DNA of 64,000 nt from an uncultured delta proteobacterium (GCA_963793865.1 CAWCBP010000002.1:117722-181721); one strand, 5' to 3'; counted from the stretch's first letter, positions 29,885 through 40,321 are shown. Notes: generated by a model from the letters alone, not told the origin. Made by a program: numbers and translations.

Positions 29885-32286
29885 GATTCCTCCCCGGGGC
29901 TCATCGTTCCGGGTATGCCGGGTCGCAAAACATCATCGGACGGCGTCTCCGTCTTCTTGTTTCTGCGCCTGTCCCATTCCTCATCCGCTTTATCCACCAG
30001 CTTCTCATCATGGCTGAGCTTCGCCGCCATCCGGTACCATCCCAGCTCCCATTCTGAAAGCAGCTGCGGGGGATCATAGGAGGCAAGGGCCTGGCGGATC
30101 GTCTCTTTGGACTCATCGCCGCGCTCCAGCTTCTCCAAACATTTAGCCTTCAAGGTAAGATAGGGGGCCCTGCCGTCAGCTTTTTTAAGCGCCCCCTCCA
30201 CGGTCGCAAGCGCCTCCCGGTTGAGCCCCCGTTTGCTGAAGCTCAAGGCCAGGTTGAACATCGCCGTGCCGCATGATGATACACGGTCCGCCTCCCGGTA
30301 GGCCTTTTCCTCCCGGACATGGTCCCCCAGCTCGCCGTGGTAGATTCCCTGCAGGACCAATATTTCCACGTCCGGCCTTTTTATCAAATTAAGGGCGGTG
30401 CGCAGGTAATCGAGGGCCTTCTCATGCTGGTGCAGGTCCGCGTACCACTGGGCAAGCTGCACGAACGCGTCGCGGTCGTCCGCGGCGCCGCCGTTCTTCC
30501 TGCGCAGCTCCTCTTCCGCTTCCTCTATCTGCAGTCGCACCAGGCCGGGGTTCACCGTATTCACCAGGGGATTTCCCACGGACCGCTCAAAGGGCTGACC
30601 AGGAACCGCGCTCAGATATGCCCGGCATTCGAACTGCTTGCCCGCCGTGATCCTGAATTCCATGGTTATTTCCTCGCCGGCCAGGCCGTTCCCCGGCAGC
30701 GCCCATATCTCGTTAAAAATGAGCTGCCGGTCGGCGTGCCCCACGATTTCAAAGCGAAGCTTGTCCACAAAAAGAACCGGGCCGGAGGGTACCACCAGAT
30801 CGAGCTTCTTACAGCTGCCGTCCTCCGGGAAGGGAAGCGCGCAGCGGGCAGGGACCAGGGTGTGCGGATCACCGGAGGTGGTTATCAGGTCAATGCCGTC
30901 ATATAGAACCGGGACAATAAGCGGACGCGACGAGATTTCATGAAAGAGCGCGTTCAATGCCGCGCCCCTGGCGACGGCCGTCTGCATGGAAAGCTGGTCC
31001 GGAAAGCAGTCAACCGTGCCGTTGGGGAAATACCCCTTGACCGCCTTCATCACCTGGGGAATAAGCGAGCTTCCCCCGACCATGAGGCAGAAGTTTACCT
31101 CCTGAGGCTTTTTCCCCGCGCGGTGCAGGGCATCCTGCAATGGGGCAAAGATTGACTGGGTGAGGCGGAACTCCGTCTCGCGGGCGAAGAGAAAATCGAT
31201 ATCGAGGAAGGGCTCAAGCAGTGACTCGAATGCGGCGGCTGAAAGGGACGGTGAGCTTAAGCGCAGTTCCCTGTTTTTAAGCATGCAGGCAACGAATGGC
31301 TGCTGCGCGGCGAGCTTGCTTTTATCGGCATCATCATAGCGATTGAATTTGATCAGCCGCTCCGTCTCCCGGCAAAGGGCGATTTTCAGCGCCTCGGCCT
31401 TGCTGAGCAGCTGCGGCTCGAGCCCCTTTTTCTTGTCCACCCAGGTCAGGTCAAAGGGGAGCAGCCCGTTTTCATCGGCAAGCCGGGGTATGAGGCATTC
31501 ATGCACGATGGCCGCATCTATATCGCCGCCGCCGAGCCGATGATAGCGCGAAACAGCGAGCTGGCTCAGGCTGAGCCGGTCTTGCTTCCCGTCAGCGGTA
31601 ATTTCAAGTACTGATACATCGCAGGTGCCGCCGCCGAAATCAAAAACAACCGCGAGCGAAGGCCTGCCCGGTTCAACTGCTTTTTCAGTCCCGACGCTGT
31701 AAAGGTAGTCGATCAACGCCGCCGTGGGCTCGTCGAGCAGGTCCTCATCATGGAGCGCGAGACCCGCGTACCGGCATGCCAGAAGGGTGTCGCGGCGCTG
31801 GTTTAACTGGAACGAAGCCGGCACGGTGACGGAAATTCGCCGATGACTATTCCCTGCGGCCTGCTCTGCCTGTTCTTTTAAAAAAGAGAGAATTGTACCG
31901 GCAATCTTTGAGGCGTGGTTGAAGGACTCGGGCGCGCGGAAGTATGTCTTGCGCAGCCCCATCTCATTTTTGGTATCGTAAAACAGGTTTCTTTCAAAAA
32001 GGAGGTTGGCCTGGTGAGGGTTGGCGCGCAGCCGTTTCGCGCCTTCACCCACCCAGTGGTTCCCGTCGGGGAGAATTGCAGCGACTGACGGAACGAGCGG
32101 ACTGGTGTAGGTTCCCTCGGTGGTGGGCTGCTCCAGCTCCAGGGTTCTGCATGCTACTTTCCCATCAGCCCCGATGGCTGACTCGGCAACGGTGGAGTTA
32201 GTGGTGCCGAGGTCAATGCCCAGCACGCGGATTTCCTTGTTCAGCACCTGTTCCAGCTTCCCGGCAAAAAGCTCCAATGCCTTCAT
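29881..32286 (-). CDS. atypical Hsp70-family protein fused to C-terminal TPR-like repeats
   Basis: GIDLGTTNS, TVPASF, DEPTAA, FDFGGGTCDVS, LGGGDID, VGGSSLIP, AVARGAA; divergent substrate-binding region; helical TPR-like tail; AAGGAGG RBS. Confidence 0.9.
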   Translation of the reverse strand: MKALELFAGKLEQVLNKEIRVLGIDLGTTNSTVAESAIGADGKVACRTLELEQPTTEGTYTSPLVPSVAAILPDGNHWVGEGAKRLRANPHQANLLFERNLFYDTKNEMGLRKTYFRAPESFNHASKIAGTILSFLKEQAEQAAGNSHRRISVTVPASFQLNQRRDTLLACRYAGLALHDEDLLDEPTAALIDYLYSVGTEKAVEPGRPSLAVVFDFGGGTCDVSVLEITADGKQDRLSLSQLAVSRYHRLGGGDIDAAIVHECLIPRLADENGLLPFDLTWVDKKKGLEPQLLSKAEALKIALCRETERLIKFNRYDDADKSKLAAQQPFVACMLKNRELRLSSPSLSAAAFESLLEPFLDIDFLFARETEFRLTQSIFAPLQDALHRAGKKPQEVNFCLMVGGSSLIPQVMKAVKGYFPNGTVDCFPDQLSMQTAVARGAALNALFHEISSRPLIVPVLYDGIDLITTSGDPHTLVPARCALPFPEDGSCKKLDLVVPSGPVLFVDKLRFEIVGHADRQLIFNEIWALPGNGLAGEEITMEFRITAGKQFECRAYLSAVPGQPFERSVGNPLVNTVNPGLVRLQIEEAEEELRRKNGGAADDRDAFVQLAQWYADLHQHEKALDYLRTALNLIKRPDVEILVLQGIYHGELGDHVREEKAYREADRVSSCGTAMFNLALSFSKRGLNREALATVEGALKKADGRAPYLTLKAKCLEKLERGDESKETIRQALASYDPPQLLSEWELGWYRMAAKLSHDEKLVDKADEEWDRRRNKKTETPSDDVLRPGIPGTMSPGEES

Positions 32287-32483
32287 TGCAGTTTCCTCCT
32301 TTTCCCCTTTTGCGTTCAGGAAAAGTATAGCATGGAGGTGTGACAGGGAAGGTCAAAGGAGGGAGAGGGGTCAGGGGTCAGGGGTCAGGGGTCAGGGTTC
32401 AGGATGGAGGGAAAAGCAGTTGAAGGTGCCGGTTGACAGTTTACAGGTAAAGCAAGAATCGATGTAGGATTCAGGATTCCAGA

Positions 32484-32602
32484 AAAAGCGTAGTCGCAAG
32501 CTTTAGCTTGCGGTTTTCTATCGTAAGCCGCTTATTTATCAACACGCGCCTTCCGTTGCAAATTCCGCAGGCTGAAGCCTGCGACTACGGCCGATTTATT
32601 GA
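32484..32602. repeat. ~118-bp GTAG-REP doublet element; closely similar inverted copy at 42301-42418, related copy at 18698-18798
   Basis: GTAGTCGCAAGCTTTAGCTTGCG...CGCAGGCTGAAGCCTGCGACTAC with conserved spacer and flanks. Confidence 0.9.
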
Positions 32603-32745
32603 GCGCGCACCGGTCAACGGCCAAAGCAGTGTTATTGAGATCTGACCTCTTTTTAGCCTTTTATTGAAGGTTTGTTTTGTGGTATAAAGGGCTTCAGAAA
32701 TCGGTCATCCGCAACATTAATAAACAACAATCGAAGGGAGTAACC

Positions 32746-34146
32746 ATGTTAAATAAACTGTTTTTTCTCGCTGTTCTATTATGCTGTTTGCCGACCAATG
32801 GATATTCCGCTGTTTCAGAAGATTGGGAAAAGCACGTCATTGGACCGCAGTCGAGTCCCATCTACCTGTATGTAAAAGATATGGATGGTGATGGGGACCT
32901 TGACGTAGCCTCGACTACCGACCGGCATCCATTAGCGTGGGTCTCTGAAGTAGCATGGTTCAGAAACAATCTTGACCAGGGCACTCCATGGGATAAGTTC
33001 ATCATTAGTTCAAGCGCACCGGAAGATAATCCTATTATGAACACCAATGGCATTGTGCTGGCAGACATTGACGGTGACGGCCGGGACGATGCGGTGGTAG
33101 GTACGGGAAAAGTAACCGAAGGCCTGGGAAGTGTATATTGGTTTATGGCACCGGAAGATGCAACCGGTGAATGGCAGAGGTTTGACGTCGAGGTGGAAGC
33201 AGCAAACTCCTTCTTCAAGATGTACACCATGGATGTCAACGGAGACTCCAGGCTTGACATTATCGCGGGAGGAAGACAGGGTGCGGTTATTTATATTAAC
33301 CCGGGGGAACCAGCCCAGGCAGAGGCTGTCTGGGAGAAAGCAAGCTTCCCCGAAGAAACGGGGAGCGCTCTCTATCTTGATGATCTGGATGGGGATGGCA
33401 CACTGGATGTTGTTAACACATTCCTTCATGGCAATGTTTCCTGGTTTGCCATTGGTTATGAAAATGGAGAAGTGGTATTTAACCGGACTATGATAGATGA
33501 GGATTTAGATAGAGCCTTTGATGTAAACTGCATGGACATAAACGGTGATAAGAAAAAAGATGTAATAGTTACCACTCTTGATCAGCCCAACATTTATTGG
33601 TACGAAGCCCCGTCGAATAATGGTGAATCATGGATACAGCATGACCTGTCCACCACCTATTCCGGCACTGATATTTATACCGGAGATATCAATGGGGATA
33701 TGCAAACCGATGTGGCAGTATCCGGCGCGTTCAGTGACAAGATCGCATGGTTTGAATATGAGTGGAAGTCCGGCGAAGCGGTGTGGAATGAGCACATGAT
33801 TGATGATCTTGTAGATGATCCGGGCGATATTTCCCTGGATGACCTGGATGGCGACGGTGATCTGGATGTGGTGGTGACCGGATTGCGCGAAGATCAGATG
33901 ATCTGGTATGAAAACAAGATGCCTAAACCTGCTCTCTGCCCGCTTGAATTTTTGTTGGGTAAGGAGTCACCGCATCTTTCGACTTTTAGAGCCATACGGG
34001 ATAATTATTTAGTTGCCGCGCCCGGCGGCAAGCGCCTGGTTGCATCCTATTATGCCCATGCTGCGGAAATGGTAGGATTTTTAGAGAGCATAAGCAGCAT
34101 ATTGACCTTGAATAGTCGACGGTCAACAGTCCGTGGTCCATGGTAA
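32746..34146 (+). CDS. FG-GAP/VCBS-repeat exported protein with CFI-box-CTERM-like tail
   Basis: repeated DxDGDGDLD motifs, signal peptide from ATG at 32746, CPLE...FRAIRDNYL...GKRLVASYY. Confidence 0.88.
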   Translation: MLNKLFFLAVLLCCLPTNGYSAVSEDWEKHVIGPQSSPIYLYVKDMDGDGDLDVASTTDRHPLAWVSEVAWFRNNLDQGTPWDKFIISSSAPEDNPIMNTNGIVLADIDGDGRDDAVVGTGKVTEGLGSVYWFMAPEDATGEWQRFDVEVEAANSFFKMYTMDVNGDSRLDIIAGGRQGAVIYINPGEPAQAEAVWEKASFPEETGSALYLDDLDGDGTLDVVNTFLHGNVSWFAIGYENGEVVFNRTMIDEDLDRAFDVNCMDINGDKKKDVIVTTLDQPNIYWYEAPSNNGESWIQHDLSTTYSGTDIYTGDINGDMQTDVAVSGAFSDKIAWFEYEWKSGEAVWNEHMIDDLVDDPGDISLDDLDGDGDLDVVVTGLREDQMIWYENKMPKPALCPLEFLLGKESPHLSTFRAIRDNYLVAAPGGKRLVASYYAHAAEMVGFLESISSILTLNSRRSTVRGPW

Positions 34147-34384
34147 AGGACAGAAGAAGCAGGGGGACGGATGATAGGGACACAGGGTTCAGGGAACAGA
34201 AGCTGACGTCAGTATCCACTACTCCATCACTCCAATACTCCAACATATGAACCACGAAACACGAGAAGCCTTTGCTGTCAACTGTGGACTGAATGCTGTG
34301 AACTTTTCTTTTTGACCCTGCACCCTGACCCCTGTACCCTGAATCCTGAGCGTCAACTGTTAACTTAATTCTAAGGAGGTTGTC

Positions 34385-35722
34385 ATGAAACTGCAAAGGA
34401 TGGCGATACCGGCTTTGTTGGTAATGGCAGTCTGCTTCGTCGCGTGCACGCAGGAGGATATGACCTTTCTCAGCGACAAAATCGAAATAGCGGCAAATCC
34501 CAATCTGGCGGAATGGATTCCCCGCGCTGCCTACAATTCGGTTGACGACGAGTTCCTGGTGGTGTGGACGGAGCAGGGGGTGCGGGAAGCGGGAGGCCCT
34601 TCCCTGTACGGCATCATGGCCCAGCGATTTTCATCAGCCGGGGACATGATAGGCGCAAGCTTCGCCCCCACCGGCGGTCCCCTTCAAAAGATTATTCTGT
34701 TGCCCACCCCTGAATTCAACATGTTTACAAAAGAATATTTCATCGGCTACACCATGGCCGGCGACGGGTTCGATGAGTACGGGGCAATCATAGGCAGCAC
34801 CGGAGACAGTGCCGCGCAGCCATTTCTCATTTCCGGTCAGCCTCGAAGCCAGATGCACACCAGGCTTGCGTTCAATTCAACAAAGCATGAATATTTTGTC
34901 GTGTACAACAGCAGCGAAAGCGGCAGTCCCGACATTAAGGGAGTGATTATAGCCGAGGACGGCACACCGGTAAGCGGTGAAATCATGATCAATGACACCC
35001 CGGGCGACCAGTACAACCCGTTTATCGCCTACAACCCGGTGGATGACACCTACCTTCTCAACTGGGAGGATTTCAGAAATGTTCCCACCTGGGAACAGCA
35101 TGGAGAGATTTACGGGGCGCTGCTTGACAGCGACGGAAACGTGCTGGTCAACGACATTCCCATGATTGATGATTTCGGTACGGCTGATGAAGGCGACCAG
35201 CGCCTGAACGAGGTGACATACAACCCGGATAAAAATCAGTTTTTGGTGTGCTGGACGGACACGGCGCCTTCCCTCGATAACGTCGGCATACGGGGAAGGT
35301 TCATAACCGCGAACGGGAAATTGGCCGGGCCCATATTTACCATTGTGGACGGGATAGGCCCGCAAATATTTCCTCATGCCATTTATGTTGCATCCGGGAA
35401 GAGCTACTTTATGATGTGGGAAGACGGCAGGAATCAGGAAGACCCGGACGCAAGCTGGCGGGCATTGACCAATCTTGACATTTACGGCAAATGGATGAGC
35501 GCCAATGGAAGGCGTTTCAGCGATGAAATAACCTTTTGTGAAGAGCCGGGGGTACAGCGCTATTCTTCCATCAGCTATTCGGAAAAAAGCGAACGCTTCC
35601 TGGTCACCTGGCAGGACATTGTCGACGAAGATCTGAACCTGGGGGAGACGGACGATCAGTCAGGCCAGCATGTAAAAGAATCCGGGGGAAATGTCTACGC
35701 CATCGCCTATGGGAAACCATAA
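34385..35722 (+). CDS. lipoprotein with repeated P-x-x-AYN-x4-(Y/F)LVxW units (probable beta-propeller)
   Basis: lipobox FVAC, AAGGAGG RBS, ~60-aa internal repeats. Confidence 0.8.
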   Translation: MKLQRMAIPALLVMAVCFVACTQEDMTFLSDKIEIAANPNLAEWIPRAAYNSVDDEFLVVWTEQGVREAGGPSLYGIMAQRFSSAGDMIGASFAPTGGPLQKIILLPTPEFNMFTKEYFIGYTMAGDGFDEYGAIIGSTGDSAAQPFLISGQPRSQMHTRLAFNSTKHEYFVVYNSSESGSPDIKGVIIAEDGTPVSGEIMINDTPGDQYNPFIAYNPVDDTYLLNWEDFRNVPTWEQHGEIYGALLDSDGNVLVNDIPMIDDFGTADEGDQRLNEVTYNPDKNQFLVCWTDTAPSLDNVGIRGRFITANGKLAGPIFTIVDGIGPQIFPHAIYVASGKSYFMMWEDGRNQEDPDASWRALTNLDIYGKWMSANGRRFSDEITFCEEPGVQRYSSISYSEKSERFLVTWQDIVDEDLNLGETDDQSGQHVKESGGNVYAIAYGKP

Positions 35723-35814
35723 CAGGAGGGTTGCGGGTACAGGGGTCAGAATAAAAATCCGGCACGAACGGCTTTAGCCACGGTAGAGAGATGACCCTGG
35801 ACCGTTCATTATCT

Positions 35815-35928
35815 TTGCACCACGAAGGGCACGAAGAAAAACCCACAAAGATCACGAAGAAAGAAACAGAAGCACGTAGGGGATCTTCGTGTGCTTCGTG
35901 CCCCAACCTTCGTGGTCTTCGTGGTTCA
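35815..35928. repeat. head-to-head pair of CCACGAAG/CACGAAG elements
   Basis: family also at 28453, 34248, 41119, 43283, 43371, 46633 and 49838. Confidence 0.85.
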
Positions 35929-36242
35929 GCTTCTTTACCGTTAATTTATGCACTTCCCCTATTTTTTGTCCAATGTCAAGGGCTTTCCCCAATCTGCACA
36001 TCGCACAGGAGAGCACGAAGGCAAGGAAACGAAATTGTAGGGGCAGGTCCCTGTGGTTGCCCTGCGAAATCCGGGCAGGCACAGGGGCCTGCCCCTACAA
36101 CTCCAAGTTGGCATCGCTGAGAGTGCATTACCTTACAACACAGCTGCGTGGCATTCTGTCACCCTTTTATAAAAATGACAGATGACAAGTGACTATTGGC
36201 TTCTCTTTGACCCTGTACCCTCAACCCTGCCCCCTGACCCCT

Positions 36243-37841
36243 CTATTTATACTCCCCCGGATGTATCCCCAGCTTCCTCATGCGATAGATAAGGGTTGAG
36301 CGTTTCATATTGAGAATGCGCGCTGCACCGTTCTGCCCGGCAATAACGCCTTTTGTCCTCTTCAGGACATTTGATATGTGCAGTTTTTCCATCTCAGACA
36401 ATGATGCCATCTTCATTTCGCGGCCATTATCATCGCTTGCTGCGTTTGACAGGGGCGACGTTTCCATGTGCTGCAGGGAGGATAATTGAACGTCGCGTTC
36501 TCTATCTACATTGAGAATAGGCCTCATATCCTGCTCGGTAACCACCTTGTTTGATTTTAAGATTATGATGCGCTCCATGAAGTTTTCCAGTTCCCGCACA
36601 TTGCCGGGCCATGAATAGCTGACCAGGAGATCAAGGGCTCCCTGGAGAAAGTGAGGCCGTATCCGGTTGAGCTTGGAACAGAATTTATCCATAAAATGTT
36701 TGCCCAGCAGGGGAATATCCTCCCTGCGTTCGCGCAACGGCGGAACATTGACGGGAAAGATATTGAGCCGGTAATAAAGATCCTCCCTGAACTTGTACTC
36801 TTTCACCAGCCTGGCCAGGTCCTTGTTGGTCGCCGCGATGATGCGCACATCGGTTTTAATGGTTTCCGATCCGCCCACCCGCTCGAACTTGCCGTCCTGC
36901 AGGACCTGCAGAAGCTTTGCCTGGGTATTCAAGGGCAGCTCGCTTATTTCATCCAGAAAAAGCGTGCTGCCGTTTGCCAGCTCAAAGCGGCCGATCTTTT
37001 TTGCGGTGGCGCCGGTAAACGAGCCCTTTTCGTGTCCGAACAGCTCGCTTTCAATGAGCGTCGGGACCAATGCCGCGCAGTTGAGCTTGAAAAAGGTGTT
37101 TTTGCTTCGCCCGCTCATTTTGTGGATGGTGCGCGCAATAAGGTCTTTGCCGGTTCCTGTTTCACCGGTCAATAAAATCGTCGTGTCCGTCTTTGCCGCA
37201 TCCATTAATGTATTCATAAGGTCTCGCATGATTTGACTTGCATAAACAACCTCATGCGATTCATCGAACAGGTCAAGCTCCCTTTTGAGATATTGTCTCT
37301 CCTCAGCCAGCACGTCTTTGACGCTTTGCAATTTCTCATAGGCGAGAATGTTGTCAATCACCAGGGACACCTGCCGGGACACCTTTTCGAAAAAATCAAT
37401 GTTGTCAAGCAGGAAGCCGGGCCGATCCTTATAACTGACCTGTATAGAACCGATCACTGTATCCCTCATCATCAATGGCGCGCAAATAATCCATTCCAAA
37501 CCCGCTTCAATAAAACGCCTTATCTCGGGATTGTTCGATTGGCGGGCCAGTTCGGCAATGATGGTCTTTTTCTCCTTCATGGCCTGATAGGGAATGCCGG
37601 CAGCCTTAATCGTCAGTGCCTCCTTGGGAAAGCCCGGCACCTCAATACCGATGGGAGGAGAAAAAAAGTCCCAGCTGTCATCGACCGGACGATGAAGCAG
37701 AATGCTGATGCGTTCAAATGCAAAGATGGGGTGCAAAACCTTGAATATTTCCCTGAATAATCCTTCGCGGGTTCTGTGGGTAATTATGGCATTGGTTATC
37801 TGCAAAAGTATCTTTTGTTCACGCAGTTCATTTGTATTCAT
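36243..37841 (-). CDS. GAF-domain sigma-54 enhancer-binding protein (FhlA/NifA-like)
   Basis: GAF domain, GETGTGKD, ESELFGHEKGSFTGA, LFLDEI, WPGNVRELEN, HTH. Confidence 0.95.
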   Translation of the reverse strand: MNTNELREQKILLQITNAIITHRTREGLFREIFKVLHPIFAFERISILLHRPVDDSWDFFSPPIGIEVPGFPKEALTIKAAGIPYQAMKEKKTIIAELARQSNNPEIRRFIEAGLEWIICAPLMMRDTVIGSIQVSYKDRPGFLLDNIDFFEKVSRQVSLVIDNILAYEKLQSVKDVLAEERQYLKRELDLFDESHEVVYASQIMRDLMNTLMDAAKTDTTILLTGETGTGKDLIARTIHKMSGRSKNTFFKLNCAALVPTLIESELFGHEKGSFTGATAKKIGRFELANGSTLFLDEISELPLNTQAKLLQVLQDGKFERVGGSETIKTDVRIIAATNKDLARLVKEYKFREDLYYRLNIFPVNVPPLRERREDIPLLGKHFMDKFCSKLNRIRPHFLQGALDLLVSYSWPGNVRELENFMERIIILKSNKVVTEQDMRPILNVDRERDVQLSSLQHMETSPLSNAASDDNGREMKMASLSEMEKLHISNVLKRTKGVIAGQNGAARILNMKRSTLIYRMRKLGIHPGEYK

Positions 37842-38060
37842 GATCTGTTACCTCACCTGGGGCTGAAAATATCATTGGATCTCCGCTTGTGCCGGAATGA
37901 AAAGAATTTTTTACGTTTCTTTCATTGGTTTTCATTCCTTAAAAGCGTAGATCCAATGGTGTTCCCAAAGTTATGGGTGACCGGCTGGCCGCCCATCTAT
38001 TCTATTATATAATAACTGGATAAACCTATCACATCCCCACCTCATAAAACAAGTAATTTT

Positions 38061-38095
38061 TGTCCAATATTTGACATTATGTCTAAAATTGGACA
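38061..38095. promoter_or_regulatory. tandem TGTC-N8-GACA upstream activating sequences
   Basis: TGTCCAATATTTGACA (38061-38076) and TGTCTAAAATTGGACA (38080-38095), about 100 bp upstream of the predicted sigma-54 start. Confidence 0.75.
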
Positions 38096-38169
38096 TAATT
38101 TTAGTCATAAAAATAGCTGCATAAAAAATAATATGCAACAATTTCATGTTTTTAAAAAAAATTAAGGAT

Positions 38170-38185
38170 TGGTATGCTATTTGCT
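38170..38185 (+). promoter_or_regulatory. sigma-54 (-24/-12) promoter
   Basis: TGGTATG-CTAT-TTGCT, GG-N10-GC spacing. Confidence 0.8.
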
Positions 38186-38195
38186 AAATATTATA

Positions 38196-38327
38196 TTAGA
38201 TTTTGAGCCACCTCCTGAATATGATGAAACAAAAGGCTCATTTTATCATTCTGACACCTCCAATCTTTGCCAAGGAAGTCTGCAAGTGAACACCCCCCTC
38301 TAAGCTTGCAGGCTTCTTTGTTTTTTC
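38196..38327 (+). ncRNA. candidate sigma-54-dependent small RNA with CACCUCC-type motifs
   Basis: promoter, 5' stem TGAGCC/GGCTCA, terminator stem 38271-38320 with T6, no RBS-led ORF. Confidence 0.6.
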
Positions 38328-38447
38328 AGTAGATCGCAGCAGCATAACTGTATCGTGGCGATCACATAATAAGCACCCATTTTTTTCCACCGGCAATTAC
38401 CAGCTTCAGCAAATTATGATATAGTAATGTTATAGAATTTTTTTCCG

Positions 38448-38562
38448 TTGTTGAAGCATCTCCGAGCCTTTAAAGCCTAAAAGAACAGCCGTTCTCATGG
38501 TACAAGGTCAATGGGTTCTGCCGGAAACAGCGGAGCCTCCCTTTAGGAAAGGAGCATCAACA
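38448..38562 (+). ncRNA. Moco/Tuco (molybdenum/tungsten cofactor) riboswitch-like RNA motif
   Basis: CTCCGAGC...CCTAA...ATGG...GGAAAC...GCCTCCC...GGAAAGGAG hallmark blocks in the leader of an AOR gene. Confidence 0.85.
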
Positions 38563-38592
38563 CCAATTTCCTGAAAAGGCAAGGGAGGATAT

Positions 38593-40321
38593 ATGGCTGA
38601 GAAAATTTACCGGGTCAACATGACAACACTCACCGCAACCTCCGAGGAAGTGCCGGAAAAATGGAAAGGGCTCGGGGGAAGAGGGCTGACCTCAACCATT
38701 ATCGCGCAGGAGGTAAAGCCTACCTGCAATCCCCTGGGCCGGTTCAACAAGCTTGTTTTTGCTCCGGGCCTGCTTGCAGGTACGCCATGCCCGAATTCGG
38801 GAAGGCTTTCGGCCGGGGCTAAAAGTCCCCTGACCGGCACGATCAAGGAAAGCAATGCCGGCGGCACCGCTGCCCAGTGCCTTGCCCGGCTGGGCATTAA
38901 AGCCCTGGTCATTGAAGGGATGCCGGAGAAGAACACCTGGTATAGTCTCCACGTTGACAATCACGGCGTCACAGTTCAGGAAGACACGGCATTGGCGGGC
39001 AAGGGCAATTACGAAGTCATGAAGACGCTCATGCAAAAACACGGTGATAAAACCGGCATCCTCTCCATCGGCCCGGCAGGCGAGCGGTGCCTGGCTTCAG
39101 CCAACATTTCCGTGAAGGATCCGGATGGCAATATCCGCAGTCATGGCAGGGGCGGATTGGGCGCGGTCATGGGTTCCAAAAAAATAAAGCACATTACCAT
39201 CGACCCTGCCGGCGGTCCCGGCGTGGAGATTTTTGACCAGGAGAAGTTCAAGAATGTGGCCCGCGCGTTTACCAAGGCACTGGTGGATCACCCGGTGAGC
39301 GGGCAGGCGCTTAAAACCTATGGCACCGATGTGTTGGTAAATATCCTGAATGAAGCGGGCGGCCTGCCGACCCGGAACTTTCGCTTCGGCAGATTTGCCG
39401 GCGCCGATAAAATCAGCGGCGAGACCATGCGGGAGATTATATTAAAACGAAATGGAAAACCGCACCACGCATGTCACGCGGGGTGTGTCATGCAGTGTTC
39501 CCAGGTATATAATGACAAGGACGGCAACTACGTCACTTCCGGCTTTGAGTATGAGACCATCTGGGGCTTCGGCGCCAACTGCTGCATTGAAGACCTGGAC
39601 ACTATTGCGCAGATAGATCACCTGCTTGACGATATCGGGGCCGACACCATTGAGACTGCGGTTGCCGTGGGAGTTGCCATGGAAGCCGGGATTATTCCCT
39701 TCGGCGACGGTCCCGGCGCGCTCAGACTGATTGAAGAAATGAGAGACGGCACCCCGCTGGGCAGAATTCTCGGCTCCGGGAGCCGGGGCGGTGGGCAGGG
39801 CCTACGGGGTAACCCGGGTACCGGTTGTCAAAAACCAGGGGCTCCCGGCGTATGACCCGCGGCCGGTCAAGGGCATGGGCATTACCTACGCCACCTCGAC
39901 CATGGGAGCTGACCACACCGCGGGATACTGCATTCCCCTCAACATCCTGAGAATCGGCGGCTTTGTTGATCCCCTGCAGAAGGAGGGTGAGGTAGATCTC
40001 TCCAGAAGGCTGCAGATAGGCACGGCGATGATTGACAGCGCCGGCCTCTGCATTTTCGTGATGTTCCCCATGCTGGATAACCTGGATGTCTTCGCCCTGA
40101 TGTTTGACATGATCAATGCCAAGTACGATCTGCAGATGACGGCAGACGACGGACGTGCCCTGGGCCGGAAAATATTGCGCACCGAACATGCGTTTAACAT
40201 GGCTGCCGGCTTCAGCAACAGGCATGACCGCCTCCCGGAATTCTTCGATGAGCCGGTAGCGCCGCACAACGCCGTGTGGGATTTCACCTCGGAAGAGATT
40301 GACTCATATTGGGGCGTCTAA
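38593..40321 (+). pseudogene. aor: aldehyde:ferredoxin oxidoreductase (AOR family) with +1 frameshift (real or sequencing error)
   Basis: GLGGRGL, KSPLTG, GRGGLGAVMGSK, EYET, then AYDPR and DSAGLC in the next frame; removing one G at 39778-39780 restores GSGAGAVGRAYG. Confidence 0.88.

Noticed and set aside
38221..38289. 22-codon ORF inside the candidate sRNA
   Set aside because: No Shine-Dalgarno sequence (the upstream sequence is anti-SD) and it overlaps the terminator stem.
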